The notes beneath the pieces are model-generated. The model saw only the letters and a program-made list of their open reading frames with translations. It was not told the DNA's origin and did no database searches. From the NCBI GenBank assembly GCA_021432655.1, contig MU271262.1:62001-114205 (forward strand): a stretch of 52,205 bases of DNA, given 5' to 3'. Position 1 is the stretch's first letter. Each line of letters opens with the position of its first letter. The DNA comes from Atractiella rhizophila (taxonomy: Eukaryota). Below, one piece after another: positions 33,663-47,189 of this stretch. The position numbers and the translations under genes were made by a program.

Positions 33663-36195
33663 TCACATCTCCATCATATTTTCCTCCTTGTCTCTTCGTT
33701 CCTTCCACTCGGCAACTGTTCTGATAATGACTACAACCTCTCCCAAAATCTGCCCTAGAGTAGGCTCGTCCACCATCCAGCGGTAAATATCATCCTCAAG
33801 CAGAACGAGAGCTGGCGCTCCTGCTTCCGGACCAACTCCTTCTCTTGCTGTTGGATCGTCCTCTTCAGACACAATCGGGTCCACATAATCGGTAGCTTCC
33901 TTTGCAGCCCTGTCAAGCTGAAGTAGGATGGATTCTCCCTCAGTGTCGTAAACCGTAGTGTTCTTTTTCGGTATTTGTTTGATCTTGGAAGGTGAGAGAA
34001 TGGCTTCCTGAATGGCTTGGGCAAGGTTTCGAATAATTAGAGCTGCTAGTAAAGGGATACCAGCTGGTTGCTGTTGCTCGTCTGCCCACCCTAGATAACG
34101 CACATATTTGACCGAAGGTTCTGGCTCAGGATCCTTTTGTCTTCGCTTCTCTGCCGTATGTGGCAGAATATGCGTCCGAACGTGAAGCTTCAGCTCCGCT
34201 AGACGCAAAGATGGATTGGAGCGGTTCTGTGGAGACACCTCGAACTTGCAGCCAGATGCCCACCCACAAGTACCCAGAAATCCATGATTGTCAGATGCCG
34301 ATTGGTGAAGGTGACTTGTTGCCAAATGATCATACAACTCGGCAGCCGAGGAAGAAGAGTAATCGTTGCAATTCGACCAACGGCAGCGATAAAAGCTCCT
34401 AAGGTCTATACTTCATTGATCAAAGCGGGACATGACATGAACGGGATGAGCGAACCTAGCCGATCCCTCACTTTCATCCCATTAATGATAAACCGTTTTT
34501 TACCATCCGCACCACCTGAAACCTGCGGTTGGGCTCCTGGTATTGCGTCGCTAGTCGCTTTTATCACATCCGCCGCAACCAAGATTGGTCTGTCGGGATA
34601 TGAGCTAAAGTTAGCCTGGTAACTTTTCCATAGATCGACTTGAAGAACTTCATAACCCGGAGCCGGCTCAAAAACAGTCTTTAGCCTATGTTTTACAATG
34701 TATCAGCGTTCGCCCAAGCAGGCATCGTATAGGGGGAGACGAACCAAACCGATGTTCTCCTGGGTTCAGGCAAACTTAGGATCTCAGCCATTTCGTCATT
34801 CTGTAGTCGAGTACCAATGAGACTTCCATCTTCGCTGAGCTGATGCAGCGCCTGCCCTGAAGCCGGATCCTTCTTATCTTGCCTCCATCTCTCTCCCACT
34901 AGGTTCACGGACTTTTCCATCCTCTTTGCTCCCCATTCGAATCTTCTCTTCAACTGACTCAAGACGCCACTAAGGTCGTCCCTTGTACAAAGATACGCTG
35001 CATTTGAAGGATGACATGAGATGTGGTAAATGAAGTCTAACGCGGCAAGTTGAAGATCTGCATCCAGAAGAGGAATAAGGGAAAGAGCTGAGAAGAGAGC
35101 CTGATAGAGAGGTGGGAAGTCTGGAATTGGTGTCGATGGATGGATAGAAGGGAGAATAAACATTTTGCTGTTAGCTTCCACCAGAGCCAGAGTCCCGAGA
35201 CACCTGTAACTGCCGAGGACAAGTGCGCGATCCTGAGACTGAGTGTATTCAAGGAGAAGCGGTAGAATTTTAACGCTTGGTTCGAGATCGTGAAATGATG
35301 ATATGGCGTACGTTCCTCCGTCTTCTCCATCGTTCTGAGGCAAGGTCGACAGCTTGATATATGGGCAAAAAATGTCGAGCATTTCCATGGCATATCCCCT
35401 AATCTCTTCCACCCCTTCCTGCGGCTCCAATGCTGTGCAGATCATTCTCAACAAGCTCTTATTACCGATGCCGACAACAGTTAAGCCAGTAAACTGGATC
35501 CAAAACCTTTGATTGAGCTTATCCAAACTGGCATTCCTCAAGACAAGCATTGCCTCCGTCGCCCTCCTCAGCTCCTCCATGCGCTCCCTCTTCGCCCATC
35601 CCCTTCCCTCTGACCCTCTCACAGCTTCCAAAAACTCTTCCACCAGTGCAACCAAAGCTTCCGTCAGTCCTCTAATTTCTGTGAATCGAATAAGGTCGGG
35701 TTCATGCCGGGAGACTTTCACCAGTGTGGAAAGAGCGAAATCCATCTCGTGCGTCAGGCGGCTTCGGATGCTCAATACAAGCCTATTGCTCATTCCCGGT
35801 TCAAGGTGATTTTCTTGAATCTTCCTCCACCTCTCCGCCTTCGCTAACCTCTCTATTTCCTCATGTGACCGTACAGGAGGAGCTGGCGCGACGTCACCGC
35901 GTTTTCGATATCCAAATCCAGTACCAGTCGTCGTCGTAGATCGCGAATAGGTGCGCTGAGGTTGTGGGGCGGTGGATGGACCAGTGACGGGGATGGAGTT
36001 TAGAGTAGAATTAGTATAATTTCGCACAGGAAGGGCGGATGAAGGACCCGGCGCGGCATGCTGAGCTTGTTGAGGTGTGGATGGATACCATCCAGCTTGT
36101 TGATGTTGGAGTGGAGGGTTTCTGGCATTGTACTGTGTTGGACGAGGGGCGGCTGCTGGATACGAAGGCTGGTATAACGTCGATGGCGCTTGCAT
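33663..36195 (-). CDS. RSC9: RSC9/ARID2-like chromatin-remodelling subunit (ARM-like region, RFX-type winged helix, C2H2-like region)
   Basis: NRLVLSIRSRLTHEMDFALSTL, EAMLVLRNASL, LPEPRRTSVW|LKTVFE...QVDLWKSYQANF, RFIINGMKVR, CGWASGC...HVRTH and PAGIPLLAALIIRNLA. Start uncertain. Confidence 0.75.
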
Positions 36196-37600
36196 ATTGC
36201 CAAGGGGCTAAAAGGACATATGTAAGATGCTTACCTACAAGAGGATGGACGGGGGGCTCGAAAGTAAGATTGCTGTTCTTCAGCGATTCAGTTTGCTTGA
36301 AGCCAACTTTACTCTCACCGTGTCATAGTCCTGAAATGCTCAAAAGCTTTCATAAATCGCATGTTCGCAATGAAACATAGAGACAAGTGTTCACGGAACT
36401 TCTTGCATGTGATCCGGGCCAGTTCAACATAAAAGATGAAGCAAAAACAAGCCCAGTATACCGTGAACGTTGTAACGGCGCGCCAAGCACCAGAATTGCA
36501 CCCTCATAAAAGGGCTACCTGGTCAAGGGCCATATTTAAGGATCTCAAGACGTAATGATTAAGCGAGGTGGGAGCATTCCTGAGTATCAAAACCGCTCAC
36601 GTCTTCAATGGACGAAGCATTGACCATCCACAAGTCCCCGTTACCACATGAAGAGAGACACTTACTCTGTTATGCGGAAGCGTATTTCGCTCTAATATCT
36701 ACCGTCTGAGCTTTGTTCCTCCTTTTTCGACGCGTTTTGCTTTCGGATGCAAAAACACGAAGCGAAGTTTAGAGCTGGTTGTTCATATTTGTTTACTTTG
36801 GTGAGAAGACCAACTCCAGGTGTTAGGTGTTATATGGCTATTAGCTTCGACGTTGTCTACCATCCTCATGAGGATGTGTGGTCGCTCTCCTGCAAGTTTT
36901 GACGCGGATACGCGAAATTCGAACAGTCCAAGTCTCGATGGAATGACAACGAAGCCTGGCCGCTCAAAGGTCAAGTTGAATAATGTTTAACAATTTCAGG
37001 AAGTCTTTAGGAAGCTAGTAAAGGCAGTGAATAAGGTAACCTCCAGAGAGAGGTATCAAAGTGGTAGGTGTTCGAACTTTCTGTTGTCCCAAGTTCAGAT
37101 CTGTGTTGCCTTCAAGCAGCTTTACTTTGTACCAAGCTTGTACAAGCCGAAGCTTGAACTTTCTTGACCTGACGTAAAGGATTCCTTGTTGCAAGAGAGC
37201 TCACTTTGAAGCGTTGATGGTCTACTCTGAGTGCTGTTATGGGATTACATGTACAGCACCTCTTTTTCTAATCATACTCTTCTTACTCCGCAGAATCTTT
37301 TGAATCTCAGATCATTATCCAAAGTACGCAAACTTCAGACCGAAACGAGCTCGCTCAGGCGCCTTGCCGGCTAAAAGTTGCGTTTGAGCTTCTCTTTGAA
37401 ATTTGACTGTTTCCGAATTTGACCTCGAACGGATCTCACCTGGCTGGTCCACCACCCCAAAAGTGGCGGATCATCAAAGGAGGATAATTTGACTGGGCAA
37501 GGGGAAAAAAACAATAACAAAGGAAAGAAAAAAGCCCCCAAAAAATGACAGATAAAACCTAGAGGTCTGGATGAGAAATGTCAGCTTTGTACTGAGAGAG

Positions 37601-39507
37601 ATGAGTATCCTGATCATTTGTTCTACCAACTATGTTTGCCTTCTTTTTTTCCTCTCATCCCCGTTTCACCTATTCATAGGGTCATGCTCGACCTCTGGAA
37701 ATCCTTGCCTCCAACTTTTCGGAAGACTACTCTGTCACTTTCCTAGTGGGATCTGCCTTAATACCCAAACTGGAATCCAACATCTCCGCCACTGGCAGCA
37801 AGATCACGTTGATTGGTGTCGATACGCCGGAGATTGACCCCTCGTTTTTGGCACCTTTTGAAGCCCTCTATAAAGCAGCAAAAAATCTCGTACAGGAGAA
37901 TAAGTATACTTGCGTTTGGGAAGACATCGCTGCTGGCGCTGTATCATGTCGTTTGAAGAACGAAGGAAAACTCGATGCTCCGCTGCTGGCCTTCATTGTG
38001 ACGCCGATGGCAGCCTGGTTAGGGTACGTACAAGCTTATAAGTTGAGAGAGCCAAAGAGGATCGAATGTGCATCAGGTTGACGGGATCAGTCGGAAAGTT
38101 CATTGAACAAGTTAAGAAAATTTTGGATGATCCAGAGCAAAGGTAAGGACAATGCAAAAGGTCTTCCAATTCATCAATGAACGTAGTGATAGAAATGGTC
38201 GAACATGGGGCGAGATAGCTGCTTCTGCGAGTACAACCTCTAATTGGGTGTTCAGTGTGCTCAACAAGTCGAGCAGGTTTACTCCAGCACTCTTCTATCG
38301 ACAGCAGCTGACCTCGACAAATCCCCTGGCTTACAACCAATTCATGAATACGAAGGAGCTCTCCAAGAGAATCAGCCACTTCCGAGGGGTCGTGATGGAT
38401 TCGAGTACGCGAGCAGAATGATGGAGACTACAAATGCTGCAGATGGAGTGATCATGCAGACAATCGAGGAATATGTGCGTCACTGTCATTTGCAGAAGTC
38501 AAATTACCTCACGATAGCCTCATTAACTAGGAAACGAAGGAGACGGTGCTAGCTGCCAAAAGGGTGTTAGGCAAGGACGGCACCAGGCCATTGTTTCTCG
38601 TTGGTGCGCAACAACCTGACGAAATCTGGAGAATGGCAGAGAGGAAGGCAGAGGGAACGATGGGAGCCCTCAGAGGGGAAAACGAGAGAGACGGCAAAAT
38701 GTTGGAGTTTCTGAGTCGATGTCAGGAAGTATATGGGGATAGGACCGTCCTCTATGTCGCATTCGGGACTGTTGTGTGAGCATTCATTCTCTGGTATGTA
38801 CATCGAGCACTGATGAACGCGGGAGATAGTTCGCCGTCTTCGAAGCTGATGGAGGACTTGATTAGCGCTTTACTTTCCCTTGATCCAATCATTCCATTCG
38901 TTTTCGCCCTGCGCACTCCAATCTCTTCACTTCCTCCTCCCATAACGACCCTCATCCAAGCTAACACTTCTCGCTGCTACTTTTCTTCCTGGGTTAACCA
39001 GACATTGTTACTTCAACATCCAGCGACCGGTATTTTTCTGATGCACGCGGGTCAGAGGTCAGGTTTTTTCAGTTTGATATTTGATATGCATCTGAAGTGT
39101 CCATCAACAGCTCGACCACCGAATCATTGATCTTTGACGTTCCAATGATCACACTTCCCTTTATCGGCGACCAATCTGTAAACTCAATTCTGTTAGGAGA
39201 AAACCACTGGGATGCAGGGATCGAGCTTCTGCAGTTCCGAAGTGGAGATTCAGTCAAGAAAACCAAAGCTCGTCGAGGAATTGAGGTGGTCGGCACAACG
39301 GAAGCTAGAAGAGAGGAAATGCACCGAGCCTTGACGAGAATGAGAGCTGGAGAGGCGGCGGCCGAGAGGAAGAGAAGGAATACAGAGAGGTTGGGAAGGA
39401 TTTGGAGAGATAGCAGGAAGGAAGGAGGTAGCGCATGGAGAGCCTTGACAATGCTGGATGCCTGGATGAAAGAGAACGATGGGGTCCGCCAAAGAGAGCT
39501 AGTCTAA
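37601..39507 (+). CDS. UDP-glycosyltransferase (GT1 family), multi-exon
   Basis: Spliced N-terminus ILIICSTNYGHARP; VLYVAFGT; PSPG-like box SWVNQTLLLQHPATGIFLMHAG...STTESLIFDVPMITLPFIGDQSVNS. Confidence 0.9.
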
Positions 39508-39809
39508 TGGCTTGAAGACGCGGACTATTTTTGCTGCGGTAGAAATGTAGTTTGTCAACATATCTGCAGTCAACGATAGTGTATTCAATCAACATACATA
39601 AACTGATTTTTCACTTCTCAATCAAATACAGCTGAAACGTTCACCTTCGACCACCATCTTCATGAGTAAGAGTAGTCTGGACGTTGAAACAGAAATAACA
39701 ACGAGGCACAACTATTCAGGAAAGATGGGCAAACAACGATGAATGGATAACAGCTTGAAACAAAACCGAGTCGAAATGGATCAAGTCAATCAAATGAGAG
39801 GACGACACC

Positions 39810-42800
39810 TCAAGAGCTTTCTGACGATACGCTTTTCGCCCCGCACGTACTGGCAGTGGTAGGACTTAACTTTGCCTTCTTCCTCTTCTCGCTGGATCCT
39901 CCCTGTAAACTTGACAGTTTGGCGCTCCATCCCCCTCCCGAGCGTACTGATACGGACACTGAAGTGGTATCCGCATCTCCTCCTCCAAGACTATCACTGT
40001 CAGCAGACCAATAAGAGCGTAGTTGAAGCTGTGCAAAGTCGTCTCCCTTCTCATGCGTATCTGAGCGTTCGAGAAATGGAGGAGTCTCATCCATGAGGTT
40101 CGGGAAATCAGGCGAATCCAGCTTGGGCTTAAAATTCATAACGGAATTGAGAAAAGCGGCTTGAGCCGATTCGAAGATCCCTTCTCCCTCTTCCCTGAGC
40201 CGGCTATCAGGTGGTCCTGATCTGGTGAGGGTGGATGAAGAGGTAGATGTCGAGGAACCCTTGCTATCAAGCCTCGAAGAACATCGACTGTACGGCAAGG
40301 GGATTCGAGGGCTAGCAAGCCCTACGCTAAGGGAAGGGGAAGAAGAAGAGTCCCCTCCACTACTCCCTCCGCCATTAGGCGAAGGTTGTCGATCTCGACT
40401 CGACGCTGTGAGGGGTGGAGTGGCAGAAGATGCGACCCCAGACCGCCACCATTGCCATTTCCTGTCCCTGTCTCTGCTGAGGATGGGAATGAAAGAGCGT
40501 GGTTTCCTGTATGGGAGACCTGATACAGGACTAGTGGGAGGGGAAGCGATGAGTGTCGCCGTGGTCGCTGTTTCTGTGCTGGTTGGGGCAGCTGGAACAT
40601 GAGAGTGCGTCACACCGCGGCGAGGAGAGATGCTCAGGTTGAGCGGGGGCACCTTCCCCGTGCTGGCGAGAGAGTCGAGTTCCGCGGTTGCAAGAAGCAC
40701 ATCGAGAGAAGGAGATGGAGGTGTCAAAGGTGGGTCCCAGCTTTCTTCTATGGCTTGAAGGACTGTAGGACTGAAGCTGCGTATGGGGAACTTGAGACTC
40801 CCTTCAAGACTTGCATGTTTTGGAGGTGGTGGAGAACGCGTGAATGCACTGTCCAGAAGTGGTAGAGGGGCAAGGGAATAAGGCACCGGTTTCACCCTCT
40901 CCCCTGCTCCTGCTCCTGCTCTCTGGATTAGATAAGAGTCGCTCCACCGTCGTGGGCTCGTTTCAACCTCTGAAGAAGTTGCAACTACCGGAGAAGCGGA
41001 GGGAGACCAGGAATTCGAGAGCCCCGGTCGTTTATATGTTTTTTGACACAGACTAGGACTAGTATCCTCCAAGTCGTCTTCGAGTGAAAAAGGGGCAAGT
41101 AAGCCATCGGGGGAACGGGGAGAGCGTGCAGGTGTTGTTTGGGTGATGGAGTGTGCGTAGTCCTTCGCGTTTGGTGTCGAGAACTGCAGCTTCGACCATC
41201 CTGGAGAGAGTGTGTAGGAGGTAGTGGACCGACTCAGCTCCCCGGCAAAGTCAGAAGCAATTGCTTCCCACGCCTGTTGGGAGGACGATCGAACCATGTC
41301 GTCTATCAATTCTTCTTCCAATTCCATCTCTCCTGCTGCTTGTCTCTCGTCTCTTTCCGTAGAACTTGAAAGCGACGATGCGGGCCTGCAGGTCGAAGAA
41401 GATCGTATCCTCTCCACCTCCGTATCCATAAATTCCTCTTGATAGACCGAATCACTAGAAGTATCCGTATGCACACTCTCCTCCACGTTGCTTCCTCTAA
41501 ACACAATACCCATCCCGAGCCCTCCCATCCCCATCTTCTGCTCCGAATCCGTCAATTCTTCAGTCATCTCTTGAATAACACCCAAATTGCCCCAGGAAGA
41601 GACATGACTAAGTTCAAGCGCGTCTTCCTCCTCTTCCGCCCTCCGACTCCCACTACCATCCTCCGAATAAATCGAAGAAGGCGTGCCCTCCCTCCCAAAG
41701 CTCCTCAAACTCGGACTCCCAACCAACCTCCTTTCCGCTTGCGCTCGCTTCAGATCGCGGTCCGCGTACACCTCGTCTCCGAGTCCGCTCCCAGCCTCAG
41801 CCCCAGTTCCAGAGACGGCGAAGAGACCGGGGACTTGGAGATACCTCGACTCTTCCACCGGACTCTGATCGTCGAATTCGCCGTTCAGGGAATCGGGAGA
41901 CGAGACTTCGATGATGATGGACTGCGAGCTGGAGGTGGAGAGCGCGTGCTTCTCTCCATCTTTCAATGGTCGGGCGACGGGCAGGCGGTGGGTCGAGGAG
42001 ACGTTGGATGTGGGAAGGAGAGGGAGGGTGAATGTGCTCTGTGTGTGGGAACCGATTTCGAGAGATGTGTATCGGAGAAGGACGAGCGTGGAGAGGACGA
42101 TGGTGCTCCCTGACCAGGCGAGCGGAATGTAGAAGAATTGCCTTTCGGAGGAGAGTGGAGGTGTAGAAGAGGAGGGGCGAAGGATGATCGAGAGGAACTC
42201 GAAAGCGACGGCGAAGAGTTGAGAGAGGAGGAAGAGCTACAAATAAGTCAATGAATCATTCTGGCCCAATTCCAACTTTCTACAAAATAAAAGATAACTT
42301 TCATCCTGCACATCGTTGGGGTCACCTGGGCTCGGAAGAAAGTGTTTCTCTTCGAAATTGCAAAAATCCAAAGACGAAGCTCCTGTGGAGATAAAAGTAA
42401 AGAACACAACGCACCTTCTCTCTTCTCCACTTCCTCTTCCCAGCCACCACCGCAGCAGTCACGCCTAGTTCCTGGACCAAACCCACCACTCCAGCGCTGA
42501 TGGCCCACGCTGCCATACTACTCTCTCGCCAGACATTCGCCAGTCTGAGTGCCGTATCTACTCATCATCAGATCGTCACACAAATCAGTCCAAAACTCGT
42601 GCTCTATCCTCCCAACGATAAGAAGAATGAAGAAACGTACCAGTAGCCACGAGGACGAGGATGGTGGGTATCACCACCGGTTTCACCTTCTTCTTCACAC
42701 TTTTCCATAGTACCCAAACAGTAAATGCTTTCAAAATCGTCCATCCAACGATCCCCAAAGCCGCTCCCTGGACTTGAAACTGTGCGAGGGAGATAACGGA

Positions 42801-42917
42801 GGAAAGGAAGAAGATGAATGCTGGAAATATGAGGAGAGAAGGACGGAAGATGGAGAGGGGGAGGAGGGGCAAGAGAAGGGAGAATGCAATAGTTGCAGGG
42901 GTCGAGTTAGATGCCAT
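39810..42917 (-). CDS. Hypothetical protein: N-terminal multi-pass membrane region plus >700-aa Ser/Pro-rich disordered tail
   Basis: Hydrophobic ORFs 42585..42917 and 42322..42516 precede the 718-aa ORF, whose frame appears open upstream to about 42240. A single spliced gene is inferred. Confidence 0.65.
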
Positions 42918-43951
42918 GACTGGTATTCGACGCTGTGGTTATGTAGAAACGAATGAAACAGTGAAAGAGCGTGAACCTCGAAAGTCGACAAGACACAGTC
43001 GAGGAGGTTTGTCGAGCTGATGAAATGAGCGAAAGAGGGCGTCAAAGCATCGAAGTGACGAAGCCGAGGAACGAGCTGAAACGCAGAGCAGAGTCTTTAG
43101 TGCCTCGCATGCACGCTTCCGAAAGGGAAGAGGGAGTTGGAGCAGGCTGAAGTACTCAAGAGGCACTCACAATAACCGTCTTCGCGTGGCTTCCCGATTC
43201 GGATCGCTGCAGAGTAATAATCGCCTTCGCCGTCTTCCAGCGCAGCCTAGCCCAGTGTTACAGTATTCACGAAGGGAAGTGAAGGATGGTCGTCTGGAGG
43301 GAGCGGTTGGGGTAGCGTTATCTTGGTTTTTCAGCTGGGAAAGAAAAGGAGCCAAAAGACGCGTCGCGTCATTTCTTTATCACGTGATCATTTACTGTCT
43401 GCCAATCTTGACAGGTATGAGATCTATGATATATATTACGGTGGAGATTACGTTATGAAAACGCAAATATGAGGACGTGGTTGAGATGTGAATTTGCGGA
43501 TACTGGATGAAACTCTTTCGAACATTTCAATGGCCCATGAAGATGGGTTCAACAATTTCCAAAGCCCACTAGTGATCGGAGGCAGAAGGAGAATCGTACT
43601 CAATCCTGGCTCAATGAATTTTTGTTAGATTGAGAGCCCCACATTGTATATAACATTCTCACATCAACGTTGCTTCGACTCTGACAGGGACATGACGATC
43701 AAAAGTGGATTTTTACTTTGATATTCATTTGCATTGTATCCGCCACACACACAGAAAGCGAAATATGTAATGATCCTTATAGTCACCGACCATTCACCCC
43801 TTGCTCCAGCCAAGGAGTGGGATGTATTCGTTCAACGAGGGTATCCGGATAAGAAGAACAAATCTTGAAAGACGAAATCGAGTTCGGTAGTTGGAGAAGT
43901 TAGGAGTAGGAGTTGCAACGATGATGGATGCGAAGTTGAGGGTGGAATGGT

Positions 43952-45295
43952 TTAATAACGCATCCTGAGGCTCTTCGCCCTCTTGCCCTTATGAGCGGAC
44001 CTCCTGGCCTTCTTCGCATCCGTCGTCTTCAACGTCAACTCGCTGCTCTCTCCTCCAGTGCACTTCATCCCCGCCGCAAGGCTCATAGAAACAGACCACT
44101 GTCCGGAAGCGCAACGTTGGAACGCGTTCCCGAGACAGTTGTAGAGACCCTCAGGCTCGCAAGCGCCAGTAAGGACTTTACCGGAGCCGGTGGATGGAGA
44201 GGAAGAGGAAGTGACGGAAGGAGCAGAGGAGGAAGAAGAGGTCGTCGGCGCGGGGTTGTTCTTTCCGGGGGCAGAGGAGACGGTGGCGATGGCGGAGGTG
44301 CTCACGGTCTTGACTGGGGCGGAGGAGGAGGAGGAAGAGGAAATGACTTCGGGGGATGAAGAGGTGGCAGGAGCGTCGTCGCCTCCGCTGCCGGGGGCAG
44401 GAGTGGGAGTGGAGGTTTTCGGCGTTTCGCAGGTTCCTACAGGGTCGACGGTATCGGCGAGGACGTCAGTGTAAGCTCCCGGGTTGGGCTACGTGGTAGA
44501 AAGTTAGAATCGTCAGCTGTTCGGGTAGATGATGGCACTCACAAATTTGACGTTCTGGCTGTCGACGGTAGTGCAGCCGTTTCCGATGTTTGCCTTGAAG
44601 ATATCGGGGAAAGACTCGTCGCCCTTTCCTCCACCAGTAACGGTGATTGGAGCGCAGTTCATGTACCTTTACCGACCATACTCAATCAGCCGCTTGTGTC
44701 ATGAATTCAGAACCGGTTCTTACATTTCGCGGTTCCCGATCTTGTTGAACCAAGTCCAAGCCAGGGTGTAGTCACCTATTAACATTTCCGTCAGGTCTAA
44801 CTCGGCAAGAGGAAAAGTGAGCAAACCGGAAGGAATGCTCTCCGGGATTTCGTAGGAGAAAACGGTCGCTCCGAGACCGTTAGGATCGGCATCGAGGTTT
44901 CCAGTGACGTTCGAAGGGCAGTTACCCTCGAACGAATGAATGACTTGCCAGACGGTGTCCACGGTAGGTTCAGCCTCAGTAGTGAGAGCCAGCTGGCAAG
45001 ATCCGCCACCTGATTCCCTCCACGCTCAGCCTTCCAAACGAAATAAACAAAGGAAATACCAACCGTGAACGGCGGAACCCTTGAAAGCGAGAGTCTGGCT
45101 GGAGCCGGCGGGGAAGACGTTCTGAGCGCGAGCCGCGTCTCCTTCGGTGTAGAGACGCTTGCAAGGGAAGTTCGATCCGTCAGCGAGAAGAGGCGAGTTG
45201 TCCAAAGTCGACTGGCCGTATGGGACGGGGCTCCTGATGACCATGTGGGCGGAAGCGGCCGAGAAAAGTGCGAGCAGGGAAGCGTAAGCGAGCAT
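43952..45295 (-). CDS. Secreted AA11-type lytic polysaccharide monooxygenase with Ser/Thr linker and Cys-rich C-terminal module
   Basis: Signal peptide ...AASA followed by His1 (HMVIRSPVPY); NSPL...NFPCK; GSAVHGGGSCQ (second His); YTLAWTWFNKIGNREMYMNCA (axial Tyr); C-terminal CEPEGLYNCLGNAFQRCASGQW...C. Confidence 0.88.
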
Positions 45296-47189
45296 CTTGA
45301 ATGTTCAGGCTGTTGATGTAGGTGAATTGAACTGCGTTCCATATTTTGGACGATCAGACAGGTCTTTCGTTTGAGATATGTAGAGACAACAAGTTGCGGA
45401 ATTCGGATGGGATTGGACTAGGACGAACTCACGGTGCGTTCGTCTAACAAATAATGCAAGGCTCGACTCAGGCGAGAAATCAAGGACAGGCAGGCTTGGC
45501 TGGTGTTTCGAAAGAAAGTTTCGCTGGCGAAAGAACGTCTGGACAAAAGAAGGTACTTTCGATCAAAGACAGATGGCTAGAAAGGCGGGAAGGGCGAGGA
45601 GCGAAGGCTACGACTCGAAGGCAGAAAAGGATCGCAAAGAATGAAGAACTGGAAAGAGTGGGATGGGGATGGATGAGCGGCGGGCTGAGGGATTTTAACT
45701 GGTGCTCACTTGGCGAAAACTTTATTTCGATCCTGATTCCGAGCATGTGGAACTCGAGTGCGGATAGACACTCAAACGTATCGACAAACCCCTTCCGTGT
45801 CCATCATGACTATCATTTCGCGACGTAGCTCATCCATTGGACACCCTTTTCCTCACTCAACACCCCTGTCGCTGGGGACAGCTCTGTGCCGCAAGGCTCT
45901 GCATTCTGCAACCAAACGCGCAACGGGCAACAATCTTTCGGCACAACACCTCGAAAAAAGCTCCCTCCCTGTCTCCAACAACAAAACACCCCGGCCAGGC
46001 CAGCGGCTACCTTGGCCAAAGTCCATAATTTTCTCAAAGCAAGCGGTGTACCTCGCAACCCGAAGTGCGAAGCGGGCCTCCACCAAACGTCAGCGCGACA
46101 GCCTCGACTGCGAGCTTCGGCTGTTATGCCTCCCTCGCAACTTGGTCTATGTTTATATTCCCGCAGACCCTGTTCGTCGCTAGAGCGTGAGAGTATCTCT
46201 CGCTGTTGCGTGTGCTGCCGATTCCTCAACTTCATTATGGAGGTAATAACATGTGCACCTTCGTGTTGCAACGTCACAGCTAGAGCAGGATACTTACGGG
46301 TAACGTTGTAATGGAGAGTATGTTGTTTGGTGACGCAGGTGTACGTGGACAAACACCCTTTGCTCCACGGTCCACCCTTCATTCAAAGGAGGAATCGAAG
46401 AGGAGAGGACAAGGGCAGGTGAAATACTTGTTTCCTTGAACATGTCCTTCCGCTACGGATACTCTAAGCAGCACATGACATCCAGTGACCAAAAGGATGA
46501 AAGAGCAGGGAGTTTAAAGGAGAAAGAGGTAACATTGAGAGAGACCATTTACCTCGTCTAATGTGCTGACGCCTGTTTAACCCTTTCTACTTCCTTTAAC
46601 AGTAAGTATGGAGAAGAAACTCGACCCCAAGAGTACCCGTGAGAATCAGTTCAGACCATATCCCACAACCTCAATTCTTTCGCACGACGGCTCCAATATT
46701 CTGGAGTATAGACCCGCCTGTTACATTAATATTGGAAACCGGTCTGGTCTGGTGTGAAGGAGAGGGAAGAGAGGACAAGACGCTTTGTGACCTTCCCTAC
46801 TGTGGAGGAAATACCGATATGATATTCAAGACGCGTGCAACGTAATCCGTGATGCAACATGGAGAAACGAAATGGATATTTGAATGGGCAGAGCTTGAGG
46901 ACAGACCACGGGAAAAGGAGTTGTCTAGGCATCAACCATCCTCCTATCTTTATCCAGCCATAAGCATCTCATCCAGCTATAAGCCATCTATCCCACTCCA
47001 GATCGTCATATTCCCTTGAACTAGTCCTCGAAGAAGTTCACCTGCGGTACTATCAGTCCAAAAACGTGACTCTTTTGCTCCGCGTCAACGCGCGCCATCA
47101 CGCGCGTGCCCCTATTTCGATCACAACAGTTCTGGCGACCAGAACTTATCAAGCAGTCAAGCAATCCTTCAATCACATCTAGACACAGC

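Noticed and set aside
5239..36195. Functional clustering of chromatin genes (ASH1-like, SMYD-like, RSC9-like)
   Set aside because: Widely spaced and unrelated in origin; chance co-occurrence in a compact genome is sufficient.
45454..46935. Many overlapping short ORFs between the LPMO and sorting nexin genes
   Set aside because: No coding signature recognised; consistent with a divergent promoter region.
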